Part shown: piece by piece, positions 63,999 through 64,000 of the stretch
Position numbering within the stretch: the first letter of the stretch is position 1
Layout of the letters: every line of letters begins with the position of its first letter
DNA from: Acidobacteriota bacterium
Lineage (GTDB): Bacteria > Acidobacteriota > UBA890 > WLXD01
Assembly: GCA_965248695.1 (NCBI GenBank)
Contig: CBDFKD010000002.1
Span: 5,312,001 to 5,376,000 of the forward strand
Direction of reading: 5' to 3'
DNA length: 64,000 nucleotides
Made by a program: the position numbers and the translations under genes
The notes under the pieces: generated by a model
Told to the model about the DNA's origin: nothing
The model's input: the letters and a program-made list of their open reading frames with translations, nothing else
Databases searched by the model: none

Positions 63999-64000
63999 CG

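Noticed and set aside
1-64000. CRISPR arrays, tRNA/rRNA genes, prophage or transposase genes
   Set aside because: I saw no regularly spaced repeats, cloverleaf or rRNA signatures, or phage/transposase motifs. Nearly all of the sequence is accounted for by recognisable CDSs.

Overview
This is a high-GC, gene-dense chromosomal window of mostly housekeeping genes from a Gram-negative bacterium, probably Acidobacteriota. That placement is inferred from the ClpC N-terminus ([22 protein letters not shown]), the lolCD-clpC-bamA-lpx gene order and a fused LptF-LptG. The window holds the following blocks. (1) Two acyl-CoA dehydrogenases, trxA-yceD-rpmF-plsX-fabD-fabG-acpP-fabF (no fabH) and lysS. (2) lolC-lolD-clpC-bamA-lpxD-fabZ-lpxA-lpxI and a GnnA-like oxidoreductase (no skp, gnnB or lpxB here). 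(3) ybdK, an MBL hydrolase, a GHMP kinase/nucleotidyltransferase pair and a LexA-family gene. (4) ruvX-mltG-ribH-nusB-leuS-lptE-holA, rpsT, murJ-dtd-xerD-tRNA nucleotidyltransferase and metK. (5) lptFG, rnz, etfBA, an ATP-dependent ligase, and M23, SLT-LysM and GH113-like hydrolases. (6) rho, lemA-DUF2207, an orphan AbiEi-like gene, a UvrD-like helicase, sppA, acyP, an O-antigen ligase and an HD protein. I saw no rRNA, tRNA, CRISPR array, prophage or transposase. The most notable observations are: a CTAG-bounded, highly structured 279-bp MITE-like element made of two inverted, structurally equivalent modules, plus a 73-bp deletion derivative, both sitting at TAG stop codons; a LexA with an intact DNA-binding domain but no catalytic Lys and an altered Ala-Gly cleavage site (predicted non-inducible); a LeuRS with a roughly 90-aa insertion that looks foreign to the lineage; a probable ATC start codon behind a perfect Shine-Dalgarno; several probable leaderless genes; and a Rho with an Arg-rich N-terminal tail. 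All family assignments come from motif recognition by eye, with no database searches.
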